Assembly (NCBI GenBank): GCA_030530145.1
Contig: JAUMVN010000003.1
Span: forward strand, 23,037 to 87,036
From: Coriobacteriia bacterium
GTDB taxonomy: Bacteria; Actinomycetota; Coriobacteriia; Coriobacteriales; Atopobiaceae
Direction of reading: 5' to 3'
DNA length: 64,000 bases
Shown here: one piece after another, positions 1 through 10,774 of the stretch
Layout: every line of letters begins with the position of its first letter
Position numbering within the stretch: position 1 is the stretch's first letter
The notes under the pieces: generated by a model
Databases searched by the model: none
Told to the model about the DNA's origin: nothing
Seen by the model: only the letters and a program-made list of their open reading frames with translations
Translations under genes and position numbers: made by a program

Positions 1-2
1 CC

Positions 3-656
3 GCGCTGTGGCCGCCCTCGGCGAGCGCCGTGGCCGGCCTCGCCTGCGCGCTCGCCGTGGCGACCACGAACCCCGCGAGCTCGTCGTTCATCTACGCCTC
101 GGCGCTCGGGATCGCCGTCGTCGCCTGGTGGGTGCTCGTCGGGCGCGAGGAGGGCATGGCGTCGGTCGCCGTTCTCGCGCCGTGGGCCTCCGGCCAGCCG
201 TTGGCGGGCGCCCTCATGGCAGGCTTCTGCCTCGACCCGGTGCCCGCGCTTCTCACCGGGCCCTTCACATACCTCGCAGGGACCTTAATGGCCGCCGCGG
301 CTCGGGCGGGCTTCTCGGCGGCGGAGGCGAGCGGCCTTGCCCTGGCGGCCCTTTCCCGGCCGGCCACGTGGGTCCTCGCCGTCGCCGCAGGCCTGGCCGC
401 CTGGCTGAGCTCGCTCGTGGCCATGCGCGGCTCCGTGCGCTCGGGAATCGTCGGCCAGGCGCTCGGGGCGGCCGTGCTGCTGGGCGCCGCGTGGCTCGCC
501 GCCGCGGTGGAGAATGACGGTATATGGGGCGCCCCGGAAGCGGGCCCCTGCGCCGTTGCGGTAATCTCTTTTTGTTTTATGTGCATTCTGACCGTCCTCA
601 GGGGCCCGCTCTACCAGGGCCAGGAAAGCGGGGATTTAGATGAACTTCCTCAATGA
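3..656 (+). CDS. Integral membrane protein, 5' end outside the window
   Basis: Frame of ORF 30..656 is open back to the window edge; several hydrophobic Ala/Leu/Val/Gly helices; stop overlaps the fhaA start. Confidence 0.6.
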   Translation, partial: ALWPPSASAVAGLACALAVATTNPASSSFIYASALGIAVVAWWVLVGREEGMASVAVLAPWASGQPLAGALMAGFCLDPVPALLTGPFTYLAGTLMAAAARAGFSAAEASGLALAALSRPATWVLAVAAGLAAWLSSLVAMRGSVRSGIVGQALGAAVLLGAAWLAAAVENDGIWGAPEAGPCAVAVISFCFMCILTVLRGPLYQGQESGDLDELPQ

Positions 657-2013
657 GTTCGAGGGCCGCATCGGCGCCGTCTTCGGAGAGGCCCCCCAGG
701 GCTACATCGAGCCCTTCTCCTTCAAGAAGCTGGCCAAGAAGGCCGCGCGCGAGATGGAGAACGAGACCTACGAGATCGACGGCGTGGACACCGCCCCCGC
801 GCTCTACACGGTGCTCGTCTCGTCCTCGGACGACTCCCTCATGAGGCCCCTGTACCAGAAGATCACCTTCGAGACCGCCGCGTTCGTCACCGCCGAGGCC
901 CAGAAGAAGGGCTACGCGTTCGTCGGCGAGCCGCTCGTGCGCTTTATGGTCGACCCCTCGCTCAAGAGCGGCAAGTTCGCCGTCTTCGCCGAGAACGTCG
1001 ACGCCCGCACCCTCGCCGACCTGCGCGCCGAGGAGATGGCCTTCCTGGGCGCCAACTCGAGCATGGGCGGGGCCGCCGCTCCGAAGCAGCCGGCCCGCGG
1101 CTCCCGCGTCAACGCCGCGCAGCCGGTCAAGCCGGTCCAGGCGGCTCAGCCGGTCCAGGCGGCACAGCCGGTCCAGCCGGCGCAGCCGGCCGCGGCCCAG
1201 CCCGCTCAGCCCTCCGCCGCCCCGGTGAGCGGCGCGGCGAACGTCGCCGCCGGCATGTCCGCCTCCGACCCGTTCTCCGCGCGCGGCGTCTCCGCCGTGC
1301 CCGCCGCCGGCCTCGCCGACGCGGGCCTCGACGTCATGCCCGCCGGCTTCGACGACTTCGAGCGCGGCCTGGCCCCGATGCCCGTGGCCTCCTCCACCTC
1401 CTCGACCCCGATGCCGGTGGCGTCCGCGCCGCTGGTCACCCCCGCCGCCGCGCCGGCGGCCATCCCCGTCCCGATGACCCAGCGCCGCCCGACCCCGAGC
1501 CCGCTCGTCGACCTGCGCCGCGGCGTGGGCTCCGACGCTGCCGCCAACGTCGCCGCCGGCGTCGCGGCCGGCGCCTCCGTGGGCGTGGCCGCCTCCGTCG
1601 CGGCCCAGGCCGACGTCGCCGCCCAGGCCCCCCAGGCGGCGCAGGCCGCTCAGCAGGCCCAGGCGCAGATCGACCCCTACGGCGTGGGCCTCGGCGGCCC
1701 GTCCGCCTACGAGCAGCCCGCCGCCACCTGCCTGCTCATCGACCGCCAGACCGGCCGCACCTTCACCGGCACCGCCCCCTCGACCGTCATCGGCCGCGAG
1801 CGCAGCCAGTCCGGCATCGTGCTGCGCGACCCCAACGTGAGCCGCCGCCACGCTGAGCTGCGCTACGACGGGCGCGACTGGCACATCTACGACCTTCGCT
1901 CCACCAACGGCACCCTGGTCAACGACGTCGACGTGGACGAGTGCGTCCTTCGCGACGGCGACCTTCTCACCCTGGGCCTGGTGAACCTCGAGTTCCGGGA
2001 GAACAACCGATGA
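640..2013 (+). CDS. fhaA: FhaA-like protein: N-terminal DUF3662, low-complexity Ala/Pro/Gln linker, C-terminal FHA domain
   Basis: N-terminus MNFLNEFEGRIGAVF...AAREME resembles DUF3662; C-terminus has FHA motifs VIGR, VSRRHA, STNGTLVN; canonical position upstream of fhaB-pstP. Confidence 0.9.
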   Translation: MNFLNEFEGRIGAVFGEAPQGYIEPFSFKKLAKKAAREMENETYEIDGVDTAPALYTVLVSSSDDSLMRPLYQKITFETAAFVTAEAQKKGYAFVGEPLVRFMVDPSLKSGKFAVFAENVDARTLADLRAEEMAFLGANSSMGGAAAPKQPARGSRVNAAQPVKPVQAAQPVQAAQPVQPAQPAAAQPAQPSAAPVSGAANVAAGMSASDPFSARGVSAVPAAGLADAGLDVMPAGFDDFERGLAPMPVASSTSSTPMPVASAPLVTPAAAPAAIPVPMTQRRPTPSPLVDLRRGVGSDAAANVAAGVAAGASVGVAASVAAQADVAAQAPQAAQAAQQAQAQIDPYGVGLGGPSAYEQPAATCLLIDRQTGRTFTGTAPSTVIGRERSQSGIVLRDPNVSRRHAELRYDGRDWHIYDLRSTNGTLVNDVDVDECVLRDGDLLTLGLVNLEFRENNR

Positions 2014-2423
2014 TCGACCTCGTCCTTTTCATAGGGCGCGTCATCCTCGTCGTCGTCCTCTATCTGTTCCTCTTCGCCGTGATGCGCACGGGCGTGGGCC
2101 TCGTCAAGGGCCAGCGCCGCGACTCGGCGATCTGGTCCATCGACGTCGAGAAGGGCACGCGGAGTCTCCGCGGCCTGCACGTGGACATCCTCGGCCCCGT
2201 CGTCGTGGGCCGCTCCCCCAGCTCCGACATCGTCGTCGACGAGCCTTACGTCTCGTCCGCGCACGCGCGCTTTAGCCTGCAGGGTCCCGCCCTCGTCCTC
2301 GAGGACATGGACTCCACCAACGGCACCCTGGTCAACGGGCACCCCATCACCCAGGCCGTCACGCTGCGCGACGCCGACGAGGTCCAGGTCGGCGACACCA
2401 TCATGAGGGTGAGCCGCGGATGA
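2010..2423 (+). CDS. fhaB: FhaB-like membrane-anchored FHA protein
   Basis: ATG at 2010 overlaps the fhaA stop (ATGA); N-terminal TM helix, then GR...VSSAHA...STNGTLVNG. Confidence 0.85.
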   Translation: MIDLVLFIGRVILVVVLYLFLFAVMRTGVGLVKGQRRDSAIWSIDVEKGTRSLRGLHVDILGPVVVGRSPSSDIVVDEPYVSSAHARFSLQGPALVLEDMDSTNGTLVNGHPITQAVTLRDADEVQVGDTIMRVSRG

Positions 2424-3733
2424 GCTCCGACGAGCTGAACAACACCGCCTCCTCCGAGCCGATGAACGCCCCCGGGCGCGCCGAGATGGCCGTCGAGGGG
2501 CGCGCCGGCGCGGACACCGTGCAGGGCGCCAACGAGTTCATCTCGTGGGGCGGCCGCTCCGACGTGGGCCTGGTCCGCGGTCACAACGAGGACTCCTTCC
2601 TCATGCGCGCGCCGCTCTTCGCGGTCTGCGACGGCATGGGCGGGCACGCGGCCGGCGAGGTCGCGAGCGCCATCGCCGTGCAGACGCTCGCCGACGAGGC
2701 GCCGGCCGTGGCCGACGAGGTGCTTCTGGGCGCCGCGGTCGAGTCCGCCAACATCGCCGTGATCCGCGCGGCCGAGGAGGGCGTGGGCAAGCCCGGCATG
2801 GGCTGCACCGCCTCCTGCTGCTTCATCGAGCGAGGCAAGATGGCCGTGGCCCACGTGGGCGACTCGCGCATCTACCTGCTGCGGCACGGCACGCTCGTGC
2901 GCGTGACGCACGACCACTCCTACGTCGAGGAGCTCGTGGACTCCGGCCAGATCACGGCCGACGAGGCCCGCCTGCACCCCTCGCGCTCCATCATCACCCG
3001 CGCGCTCGGCTCCGACCCCGAGATGTACGCCGACCACTTCACCCTCGAGGTGAGCAGCGGCGACCGCATCATCCTGTGCTCCGACGGCCTCTCGTCCATG
3101 ATCCCGGACAGCGAGATCGAGGCGCTCGCCGTCTCGAGCGCGACCCCCATGCAGGCCGCGGACAACCTCGTGGCCAGCGCCCTCACGGCGGGCGGGCTCG
3201 ACAACGTGACCGTCCTCGTCGTCGACGTCCTCGACGACGGCAGCGCCGAGGAGAACCGCAAGCGCCTGGCCAAGCGCGTCGGCGTCGTCACGGGCGTCCT
3301 CGCGGGCGTCGCGGCGCTGACCCTGGCCATCGTGCTCGTCTTCATCCGCGGCGAGTGGTTCCTCTCCGTGAACGGCGACACCGTGGGCATCTACCAGGGC
3401 GTGAACACGAGCTTCATGGGCGTGAGCCTGAGCACGCTCGTCGAGACGAGCGCCGTCTCGGTCTCGGACCTGCCGGCCTCCGTGCAGGACCAGCTCGTCC
3501 AGGGCATCCGCGTGCAGAGCGAGGAGGCGGGGCGAGAGACCCTGAACGCCTACCGCGAGCAGATCGACAAGGACAAGACCGCCGCCGCCAACGTGGCCGA
3601 GGTGGCAAAGAGCGAGGGCGCCGGCGATGCCGCGGGCACCTCCGCCGACGGCCAGCCGAGCAGCGCCTCGGGCGACCAGTCGGCCGACGGGGCGGCGGCT
3701 TCCACCGACGGCGGCGAGAAGGGAGGGGAATAG
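2420..3733 (+). CDS. pstP: PP2C-family Ser/Thr protein phosphatase with C-terminal TM and extracellular domain
   Basis: Motifs [35 protein letters not shown]; TM helix near residue 290-310; cluster synteny. Confidence 0.92.
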   Translation: MSSDELNNTASSEPMNAPGRAEMAVEGRAGADTVQGANEFISWGGRSDVGLVRGHNEDSFLMRAPLFAVCDGMGGHAAGEVASAIAVQTLADEAPAVADEVLLGAAVESANIAVIRAAEEGVGKPGMGCTASCCFIERGKMAVAHVGDSRIYLLRHGTLVRVTHDHSYVEELVDSGQITADEARLHPSRSIITRALGSDPEMYADHFTLEVSSGDRIILCSDGLSSMIPDSEIEALAVSSATPMQAADNLVASALTAGGLDNVTVLVVDVLDDGSAEENRKRLAKRVGVVTGVLAGVAALTLAIVLVFIRGEWFLSVNGDTVGIYQGVNTSFMGVSLSTLVETSAVSVSDLPASVQDQLVQGIRVQSEEAGRETLNAYREQIDKDKTAAANVAEVAKSEGAGDAAGTSADGQPSSASGDQSADGAAASTDGGEKGGE

Positions 3734-3734
3734 C

Positions 3735-6677
3735 ATGCGCAGAAAGCACCGCGCCATGACGCGCGTCTCCACGCAGCAGGGCTTCTCTTCCCAGGTGATC
3801 GAGGAGGGCCGCGGCTTCCAGCGCCGACACACAGAGCTCTTCCTGCTCATCCTCGGCGCCCTGCCGGTCCTTCTCCTGTACTCGATGTACGTGGTCACCT
3901 CCGGCAACGAGCTCGGCCTCGAGGCCCTGGGCGTGCCGCTGGGCCTCTTCGCGGCATTCGCCCTCGCCCACCTGGCCATCCGACGGCTCGCGCCCGCGGC
4001 CGACCCCGCCATCCTGCCTATCGTCTTCGTCCTCTCGGGCGTCGGCATCACGTTCCTCACGCGCCTGAAGCCCGAGCTCGCCGTCAACCAGGTCGTCTGG
4101 CTCTTCGTGAGCGTGGCGGCCATGGTCGCGGTGCTCGCCCTGGCGCGCAACTTCGAGCGCCTCGCTGCGTACAAGTACCCCATCGGCGCCGTCGGCGTCC
4201 TGCTGCTCCTGCTGCCCATGTTCGTGGGCACCGAGAAGGGCGGCAGCAAGCTGTGGGTCTACATCGGCGGCTTCGGCTTCCAGCCCGGCGAGTTCGCGAA
4301 GATCCTCATCGTTTTGTTCCTGGCCTTCTACCTGGCCTCCAACCGAGAAGCGCTCTCCATCACCATGCGCCGCTTCGGCCCCTTCGCGGTGCCGCGCCTG
4401 CGCATGCTGCTGCCGCTGCTCGTCACGTGGGGCGTCTGCCTGCTGCTCGTCGTCTTCGAGCGCGACCTGGGCAGCGCGCTGCTCTTCTTCGTGTTCTTCG
4501 TCATCATGCTCTACGTGGCCACCGGCCGCGTGAGCTACGTGGTCGTCAGCCTGCTGCTGCTCGCCGTGGGCGGCGTGTTCTGCTACTTCGCGTTCAGCCA
4601 CGTGCGCAACCGCGTGAACATCTGGATCGACCCGTGGTCGGCGGCCCAGGAGGGCGGCTACCAGATCGTCCAGTCGCTCTACTCGCTGGCCGACGGCGGC
4701 CTGGTGGGCACCGGCATCGGCAAGGGCCTGCCGACCTACATCCCGGTCGTCGAGTCCGACTTCATCTTCAGCGCGGTCGCCGAGGAGTGCGGCCTGCTCG
4801 GCGGCTCCGCCGTCCTGATCTGCTATCTGCTGCTGTGCGTCCGCGGCTTCGCCACGGCGGCGCGCGCCAAGTCCGACTCCGCCGCCTTCGCGGCCGTGGG
4901 CCTTACGAGCGCGCTCGCCTTCCAGGCGTTCCTCATCGTCGGCGGCGTGACCAAGCTCCTGCCCCTTACCGGCGTGACGCTGCCCTTCATGAGCCAGGGC
5001 GGCACGTCGCTTCTTGCCAGCTTCATCATCGTCGGCCTGCTGCTGCGCGCCGGCGACGACGCCACCGGCCACGCGGTCGAGCTCAAGGGCGCGGGCGACG
5101 ACGCCGGCAGCACGCTGCTGGGCACCGCCTCCGAGCTCAGGGGCGCGGCCGGCGGGCACGTCGCTGGCGTCGTCCGCGGCAAGCACGCCCGCGGCGCCTT
5201 CAAGGTCCAGTCCGCCGAGTCGGGCGTCCTCGGACGCGTCGCGCTGGGCAAGCGCCTCACGGCCCTGATCTCGGTCTTCTCGCTGCTCTTCGCCGTGCTC
5301 ATAGCCAACCTCACCTACGTGCAGGAGATAGACGCCGCGCGCGTGAAGGCGCTTCCGAGCAACAACCACACCATGGCAAAGACCGCCTACGTGCAAAGAG
5401 GCGCCATCGTCACCTCCGACGGCGTCACCCTGGCCGAGTCCGTGCAGCAGCCCGACGGCACCTACCAGCGCAACTACCCGCTCGGCTCGCTCGCGGCCCA
5501 CACCGTGGGCTACGTCTCGACCACCTACGGCTCCTCGGGCGTCGAGTCCACCATGAACGACACCCTGACCGGCCACGCCGACTACTCCGACTGGAGAAGC
5601 GCGCTCTACTCGCTGGCGGGCGTCCAGGTGTCCGGCTCCACCGTGAGCCTGACCATCAACTCGCAGATCCAGAAGGCGGCCGAGGCGGCGCTCGAGGGCT
5701 ACACCGGCTCGATCGTGGTCCTCAACCCGAAGACGGGCGCCGTGCTGGCCAAGGCCTCCGCCCCCACCTACAGCAACAGCGACCTCGACGAGGTCATGAC
5801 CGGCGGCGGCTCGCAGCTGCTCGACCGCGCCACCCAGGCGCTCTACACGCCCGGCTCGACCTTCAAGACCGTCACGCTCGCCGCAGCCGTCGACTCCGGA
5901 GCCGCCACGCTCGACGACGAGGTCGAGGCGCCCTCCTCCATCGAGATCGGCAACGCCCTTATCACCAACTACCACGAGAACGACTACGGCACGCTCAGCC
6001 TGCTCGAGGCCGTAGCGGTCTCGTCGAACACGGCGCTCGCGCAGATCGGCCAGAAGCTCGGCTCCGACAAGCTCGCGAGCTACGCCGACGCGTTCGGCTT
6101 CGGCAAGGAGCTCGGCCTGGACTTCTCGTGCCGCTCCTCGCTCATGCCCAAGGCCTCCGAGATGACCGAGTGGGAGACCGCCTGGGCCGCCTGCGGCCAG
6201 CCGGTCGGCGAGCACGAGAGCCCCGCCGGCCCGCAGGTCACCGTGATGCAGAACGCCGTGATCGCCGCGGCCATCGCCAACGGCGGCGTCGCCATGAACC
6301 CCTACGTCGTGGACCACGTGCTCTCCGCCGAGGGCGCCACGGTCTCCACGACCCAGCCGAAGTCGCTCGGCCAGGCCGTGAGCGCCGAGGCGGCCGCGGC
6401 CACCAAGGAAGCCCTTCTTGCCTGCGTCGAGGAAGGCTCGGGCATGGCCGCCCAGGTCTCCGGCACGCGCGTGGCCGGCAAGACGGGCACCGCCGAGGTG
6501 GGCGACGGCAACGCGAACTCGCTCTTCATCGGCTTCGCGCCCTACGACAACCCGACGCTCGCCATCTCGGTCTGCGTCGAGAGCAACGGCGAGGACGTCG
6601 AGGGGCTCGCCGCGGCCATCGCCGGGCAGGTCATGGCCGCGACCCTGAACATCCAGGCTTCGGGGGCGGGCAACTGA
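3735..6677 (+). CDS. Fused SEDS glycosyltransferase (RodA/FtsW) and class B penicillin-binding transpeptidase (PbpA)
   Basis: Likely start ATG 3735 after GGGAGG; SEDS motifs [27 protein letters not shown], then PBP motifs STFK, SSN, KTG in one uninterrupted frame. Confidence 0.9.
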   Translation: MRRKHRAMTRVSTQQGFSSQVIEEGRGFQRRHTELFLLILGALPVLLLYSMYVVTSGNELGLEALGVPLGLFAAFALAHLAIRRLAPAADPAILPIVFVLSGVGITFLTRLKPELAVNQVVWLFVSVAAMVAVLALARNFERLAAYKYPIGAVGVLLLLLPMFVGTEKGGSKLWVYIGGFGFQPGEFAKILIVLFLAFYLASNREALSITMRRFGPFAVPRLRMLLPLLVTWGVCLLLVVFERDLGSALLFFVFFVIMLYVATGRVSYVVVSLLLLAVGGVFCYFAFSHVRNRVNIWIDPWSAAQEGGYQIVQSLYSLADGGLVGTGIGKGLPTYIPVVESDFIFSAVAEECGLLGGSAVLICYLLLCVRGFATAARAKSDSAAFAAVGLTSALAFQAFLIVGGVTKLLPLTGVTLPFMSQGGTSLLASFIIVGLLLRAGDDATGHAVELKGAGDDAGSTLLGTASELRGAAGGHVAGVVRGKHARGAFKVQSAESGVLGRVALGKRLTALISVFSLLFAVLIANLTYVQEIDAARVKALPSNNHTMAKTAYVQRGAIVTSDGVTLAESVQQPDGTYQRNYPLGSLAAHTVGYVSTTYGSSGVESTMNDTLTGHADYSDWRSALYSLAGVQVSGSTVSLTINSQIQKAAEAALEGYTGSIVVLNPKTGAVLAKASAPTYSNSDLDEVMTGGGSQLLDRATQALYTPGSTFKTVTLAAAVDSGAATLDDEVEAPSSIEIGNALITNYHENDYGTLSLLEAVAVSSNTALAQIGQKLGSDKLASYADAFGFGKELGLDFSCRSSLMPKASEMTEWETAWAACGQPVGEHESPAGPQVTVMQNAVIAAAIANGGVAMNPYVVDHVLSAEGATVSTTQPKSLGQAVSAEAAAATKEALLACVEEGSGMAAQVSGTRVAGKTGTAEVGDGNANSLFIGFAPYDNPTLAISVCVESNGEDVEGLAAAIAGQVMAATLNIQASGAGN

Positions 6678-6797
6678 TGAGCAGACGACAATTCGGGCCG
6701 CCCGAGCGGCGGCCGCTACGATTCGATAAACACACCCTAAACGCACTTATCAACACACCAACAAAGACGAAATCGCGCGGGGCGGCCCGCGAAGTGG

Positions 6798-8804
6798 ATG
6801 GGAGAGACGATGCCAGGTAAGGTTCTCGGCGGACGCTACGAGGTCCAGGACAAGATCGGCACGGGCGGCATGGCCACGGTGTTCCGCGGCCGCGACTCCG
6901 TGCTCGGGCGCACCGTCGCCATAAAGACGATGCTGCCGCAGTACGCGGCCGACCCGTCGTTCGCGGCGCGCTTCAAGCAAGAAGCCCAGGCTGCCGCGGC
7001 GCTCCAGAGCCCCTACATCGTGAGCGTCTACGACTGGGGCAAGGACGGCGACACCTACTACATCATCATGGAGTACCTGCGCGGCACCGACCTGAAGAGC
7101 GGCATCCGCAAGCACGGCGCGCTCGACTGCAAGAAGGTCGCGCAGATCGGCAGCCAGATCGCGCAGGCGCTCTCGGTCGCGCACAAGCACGACATCATCC
7201 ACCGCGACATCAAGCCGCAGAACATCATGGTGCAGCCCGACGGCAACATCAAAGTGATGGACTTCGGCATCGCGCGCGCCAAGAACAGCCACCTCACGCA
7301 GGACAACTCCGTGCTCGGCACCGCGCACTACGTCTCGCCGGAGCAGACCCAGGGCAAGGCGCTCGGCCCCACCACCGACATCTATTCTCTCGGCATCGTC
7401 ATGTACGAGTCCGCCACCGGCCAGGTCCCCTTCCAGGGCGACGACGCCATCACCGTGGCGCTCAAGCAGGTCAACGAGCAGCCCAAGCCGCCCTCGCAGC
7501 TCAACCCCAGCATCGACCCCTCGCTCGAGGCCATCATCCTCAAGTGCATGCAGAAGGACCCCGCGGCCCGCTTCCAGACCGCCGACGAGCTCAACCGCGC
7601 GCTGCGCGACTACCTCGCCGGGCGTCTTTCCGCCGTCGCCGGGGCCACGGCCGCCACGACCGCGCTTATGGGCGCCGCGGTGACGAACAAGCTCGAGCCC
7701 GGCCAGGGCGCGACCGCCGTCGGCCCGCGCATCCAGCGCGAGAACCGCTACCGCCCGCAGTCCGCGACCGAGAAGGCCGCCGAGCTCGAGGCCGAGCGCG
7801 AGAAGAAGCACAAGCGCCGCAAGACCCTCGGCATCGTGGCCGTCATCGTGGCCCTTATCGCCGCGGCGGGCATCGCCTACGCGGTCCTCAACTCCGGGAC
7901 CAAGACCTACTCCGTCCCCAACCTCGCTGGCATGACCCAGGACGAGGCCGAGGCCGCCATCGAGAAGGACGGTCACTTCAAGGTGGGCACCGTGAGCCCG
8001 CAGTACGACGACACGGTCCAGGAGGGCTACGTCATCGACCAGAACCCGAACCAGGGTAGCGAGCTCGCCGAGGGCTCGAAGATCGACTTCACCGTGTCCA
8101 AGGGCCCGCAGCCCGCGGCCACGGTAACGGTTCCCGACCTGACCAACATGACGCCCGAAGAGGCCGAGGCCGCGCTCGCCCAGGTCAACCTCAAGGGCAA
8201 GGCCGGCAACTCGAAGACGAGCGACACCATCGAGGTCGGCAAGGTCTGCGACCAGGACGTTCCCGCCAACAGCAACGCCAAGGCCGGCGACACCATCACC
8301 TACTACCTCTCCAGCGGCGCCGAGGAGGTCAGCGTCCCCAACGTCGTAGGCGACTCCGAGACGACCGCCACCGCGACCCTCAAGGAGAACGGCCTCGAGG
8401 TCAAGGTGGTCTACGACAACTCCGACACCGTGGACAGCGGCTACGTGGTCAGGTCCAGCCCGAGCTCCGGCGAGAAGGTCGCCAAGGGCACGACGGTGAC
8501 CATCACCGTCTCCACCGGCCCCGCCGACAAGCGCATCGAGGTCCCCTACGTCGTCGGCGAGACCTATGCCGAGGCCAAGAGCGAGCTCGAGAGCGCCGGG
8601 TTCTACGTGTCCCTCTCCTCCGGCTCGAGCGCGAGCGGCACGGTCACGTACCAGTCCATAACCACCAAGGCCGAGAAGGGCACGACCATCACCCTGACCA
8701 CAGCCTCCAGCGGCGGCGACTCCGACGAGGGCGGGTCCGGCTCCGACGGCGGGACGGGCGGCGGCACCGACTCCGGCAGCACCTCCACCACCAGCACCCG
8801 CTAA
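6798..8804 (+). CDS. pknB: PknB-like Ser/Thr kinase with TM helix and PASTA repeats
   Basis: IGTGGMATV, VAIK, HRDIKPQN, DFGIA, GTAHYVSPEQ; TM segment; about 4 PASTA-like repeats (VPNLAG, VPDLTN, VPNVVG, VPYVVG). Alternative start 6810. Confidence 0.93.
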   Translation: MGETMPGKVLGGRYEVQDKIGTGGMATVFRGRDSVLGRTVAIKTMLPQYAADPSFAARFKQEAQAAAALQSPYIVSVYDWGKDGDTYYIIMEYLRGTDLKSGIRKHGALDCKKVAQIGSQIAQALSVAHKHDIIHRDIKPQNIMVQPDGNIKVMDFGIARAKNSHLTQDNSVLGTAHYVSPEQTQGKALGPTTDIYSLGIVMYESATGQVPFQGDDAITVALKQVNEQPKPPSQLNPSIDPSLEAIILKCMQKDPAARFQTADELNRALRDYLAGRLSAVAGATAATTALMGAAVTNKLEPGQGATAVGPRIQRENRYRPQSATEKAAELEAEREKKHKRRKTLGIVAVIVALIAAAGIAYAVLNSGTKTYSVPNLAGMTQDEAEAAIEKDGHFKVGTVSPQYDDTVQEGYVIDQNPNQGSELAEGSKIDFTVSKGPQPAATVTVPDLTNMTPEEAEAALAQVNLKGKAGNSKTSDTIEVGKVCDQDVPANSNAKAGDTITYYLSSGAEEVSVPNVVGDSETTATATLKENGLEVKVVYDNSDTVDSGYVVRSSPSSGEKVAKGTTVTITVSTGPADKRIEVPYVVGETYAEAKSELESAGFYVSLSSGSSASGTVTYQSITTKAEKGTTITLTTASSGGDSDEGGSGSDGGTGGGTDSGSTSTTSTR

Positions 8805-8842
8805 CGGGCTGCCGACGCAGCAACCGGTAATCGATCGAACGT

Positions 8843-8882
8843 CAATGCCCCCTTCGGCGAAAAGCCGCAAGGGGGCATTTCT
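8843..8882. terminator. Terminator-like hairpin after pknB; copy 1 of a perfect 40-bp direct repeat
   Basis: CAATGCCCCCTTCGGCGAAAAGCCGCAAGGGGGCATTTCT, with stem AATGCCCCCTT/AAGGGGGCATT followed by T-rich sequence; identical copy at 10671-10710. Confidence 0.85.
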
Positions 8883-8920
8883 TTATCGCTATCGAGCAGC
8901 AAAGGGGGCTGGAGCGAGCC

Positions 8921-10228
8921 CTAAACCAACCTCCTCAGCGTCCTGCTGCAATTCTCGGCTATCTCTATTTTCATTGGCTCGCCAACCTCATGAGCTCCGG
9001 GAAAACCAGCAGCCAGCGCATGGTCAACCTCAGCCTCGACCGCCGGCGGGATCATCTCCGCCATAGTCCTGAACCGGCCTACCAGCATGTCTGCGTTTAA
9101 GCCGATTTCGCCAAGGCCGCAGTTGTCCACCATCTTCTCAACCTGCTCGGCACCCACGTGGCCAAAGCGGTTCTCGCCGCCGATGGACAACGCCGCGCGA
9201 AGAGGCTTCCTCGGACGCGGGCTCAGGCTCTGGTATGCAGCGATCGAGGCCACATCATAGAGGGGCGCCAGCCTGATGTCTCCCACGGATGGGTAAACCA
9301 GGGAATGGTTCTTTGCGTGAGCGTCTGTCGCGCCTATTAAATAGTTGAAGAATAGATACAGAATGAATCGATAGGCGTTCGATCGACTCGCCGCACCCGT
9401 GGAACGGAGCAAACTGATTATCCTCGGCGTGTTTGGCCCTCCCTGGTCGGCGTACTTGCACAGAGGCGAGACGCCAAGAGCCTGGCACAAGTCTTCTTGA
9501 TGGACCCGCTCTACACCCTCTTCATTTCTGACGCGGTCATACCGCTCCACAACAATAGCCCACTCATCGCCAAAACGCTCGAAAGACGTATGGGCGACAG
9601 GCATTCCGATGGACTCTGCAATGCGCATCGAGAGGTACTCAACGAGAGCCTGGTTCTCCAAACCGGAGACCCCGGGCTTGAGAATATGCGTGGTCGGTGA
9701 GGAACCCTCGCACCGATACCAACACCCGTCGATTCGGCAGAGAGCAATCTTAGCCTGGCAACCGCCAAGCGACCAGCGCCCTTCAGATGCGTCTTTACCC
9801 GTCCATGCCGCGGCCGCGCTTGATTGCATGTCCGCGAGAAGCCGAGCGATGTCGAAGTCCGACAGCTCTACAAGAGCGCCCAATCCGCCCTTTTCCCACT
9901 TGTCGTCAAGCGGAAGAACCCGAACAGCGCCCGGGCAATCACCGCCGATGTGCGCCAAGAGCTTAAAAGGATTCTCGCCGGAAACGCCGTACTTGGCCCC
10001 GATGGCGGCCCGCGTCGCGCCCTCGTCCGGAAGAAGGCCCATGAGATAGGGGCGAACAATGCGGTCACCGTATTCAGCAAGGCCCACGGGCATCGAGAGC
10101 GACAAGGGAACCCCGTCGTAGCCGGAATCGTAGCGAAAGGCAAGGGCACCGGTGGATGCCTGCGACAAGATGCCGCAGCGGTTCTGACCAATATAAACCG
10201 CAAGCTCGGAGATGTGGCGAGCGCTCAT
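8921..10228 (-). CDS. hipA: HipA-family Ser/Thr kinase toxin (copy 1)
   Basis: HipA N-terminal couple domain (LSLSMP..YLMGLLPD), WSLGGCQAK, THILKPG, HQEDLCQ, DAHAKNHS, LAPLYD. Confidence 0.92.
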   Translation of the reverse strand: MSARHISELAVYIGQNRCGILSQASTGALAFRYDSGYDGVPLSLSMPVGLAEYGDRIVRPYLMGLLPDEGATRAAIGAKYGVSGENPFKLLAHIGGDCPGAVRVLPLDDKWEKGGLGALVELSDFDIARLLADMQSSAAAAWTGKDASEGRWSLGGCQAKIALCRIDGCWYRCEGSSPTTHILKPGVSGLENQALVEYLSMRIAESIGMPVAHTSFERFGDEWAIVVERYDRVRNEEGVERVHQEDLCQALGVSPLCKYADQGGPNTPRIISLLRSTGAASRSNAYRFILYLFFNYLIGATDAHAKNHSLVYPSVGDIRLAPLYDVASIAAYQSLSPRPRKPLRAALSIGGENRFGHVGAEQVEKMVDNCGLGEIGLNADMLVGRFRTMAEMIPPAVEAEVDHALAAGFPGAHEVGEPMKIEIAENCSRTLRRLV

Positions 10229-10551
10229 TTTACCTCCCCCTCAAGGCTCCACACGTCGCCGAGACGGTCCCATTTGGGAGCGAAAACGTCGGCGCCTCGA
10301 CCCGCGGCGGCAGTTTGACCAGGCGTAGGCGAAGCTCCGTCATCCAATGAGACGACCAGGCCAAGCGCCGCCGTGACTCGGAGGAAACCGGCAAGGCCGA
10401 GGTTCTCGTTCTCGCCCTGTTCAAACGCAAACAGTGTCCTGGGGCTAACCTTTGCGAGCCTGGAAAGCTCCGCCCGCGAAATACCCTGATCCTCTCGCAC
10501 CCTACGAACAATGCTGCCTGCTTGAACAGGTTGCGTGACCTGGGTTTTCAT
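10225..10551 (-). CDS. hipB: HipB-like Xre/Cro HTH antitoxin (copy 1)
   Basis: Start MKTQVTQ at 10551; IVRRVREDQGISRAELSRLAKVSPRTLFAFEQG HTH; 4-bp overlap with hipA start. Confidence 0.85.
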   Translation of the reverse strand: MKTQVTQPVQAGSIVRRVREDQGISRAELSRLAKVSPRTLFAFEQGENENLGLAGFLRVTAALGLVVSLDDGASPTPGQTAAAGRGADVFAPKWDRLGDVWSLEGEVK

Positions 10552-10591
10552 GACATCCCTTCTTTTGCAATCGCAATATCTTGCTTTATGC

Positions 10592-10614
10592 ATTATATTG
10601 CGTTACGCAGTATA
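10592..10614 (-). promoter_or_regulatory. Putative hipBA promoter -10 box with an overlapping palindromic operator
   Basis: TATAAT on the minus strand at 10592-10597, overlapped by the imperfect palindrome TATATTGCGTTACGCAGTATA (10594-10614). Confidence 0.5.
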
Positions 10615-10670
10615 TTACGAGCTAAATGCACCGGACACAACAACCCAGCAACCGACAACCAATCGAACGA

Positions 10671-10710
10671 CAATGCCCCCTTCGGCGAAAAGCCGCAAGG
10701 GGGCATTTCT
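10671..10710. repeat. Copy 2 of the perfect 40-bp direct repeat flanking hipBA-1
   Basis: Base-for-base identical to 8843-8882; about 25 bp upstream also similar (CAGCAACCG..ATCGAACG). Confidence 0.92.
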
Positions 10711-10774
10711 ATGCCGCCTATACTGGAACGGTCGCAAATAAACCGCAGCTCGCAACCAGTGAGAGGACGTTCTC

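Noticed and set aside
1117-1215. Short tandem repeats in fhaA (QPVQAA-like)
   Set aside because: In-frame low-complexity linker typical of FhaA proteins, not a contingency locus.
3414-6746. Very long antisense or alternative-frame ORFs (e.g. 3414..6746-, 6750..8870-, 12520..14649+, 14576..16576+, 20394..22505-, 38290..40344+, 56646..59777+)
   Set aside because: Shadow ORFs expected at high GC; they overlap well-supported genes on the other strand or frame and give Arg/Gly/Ala-rich sequence with no motifs.
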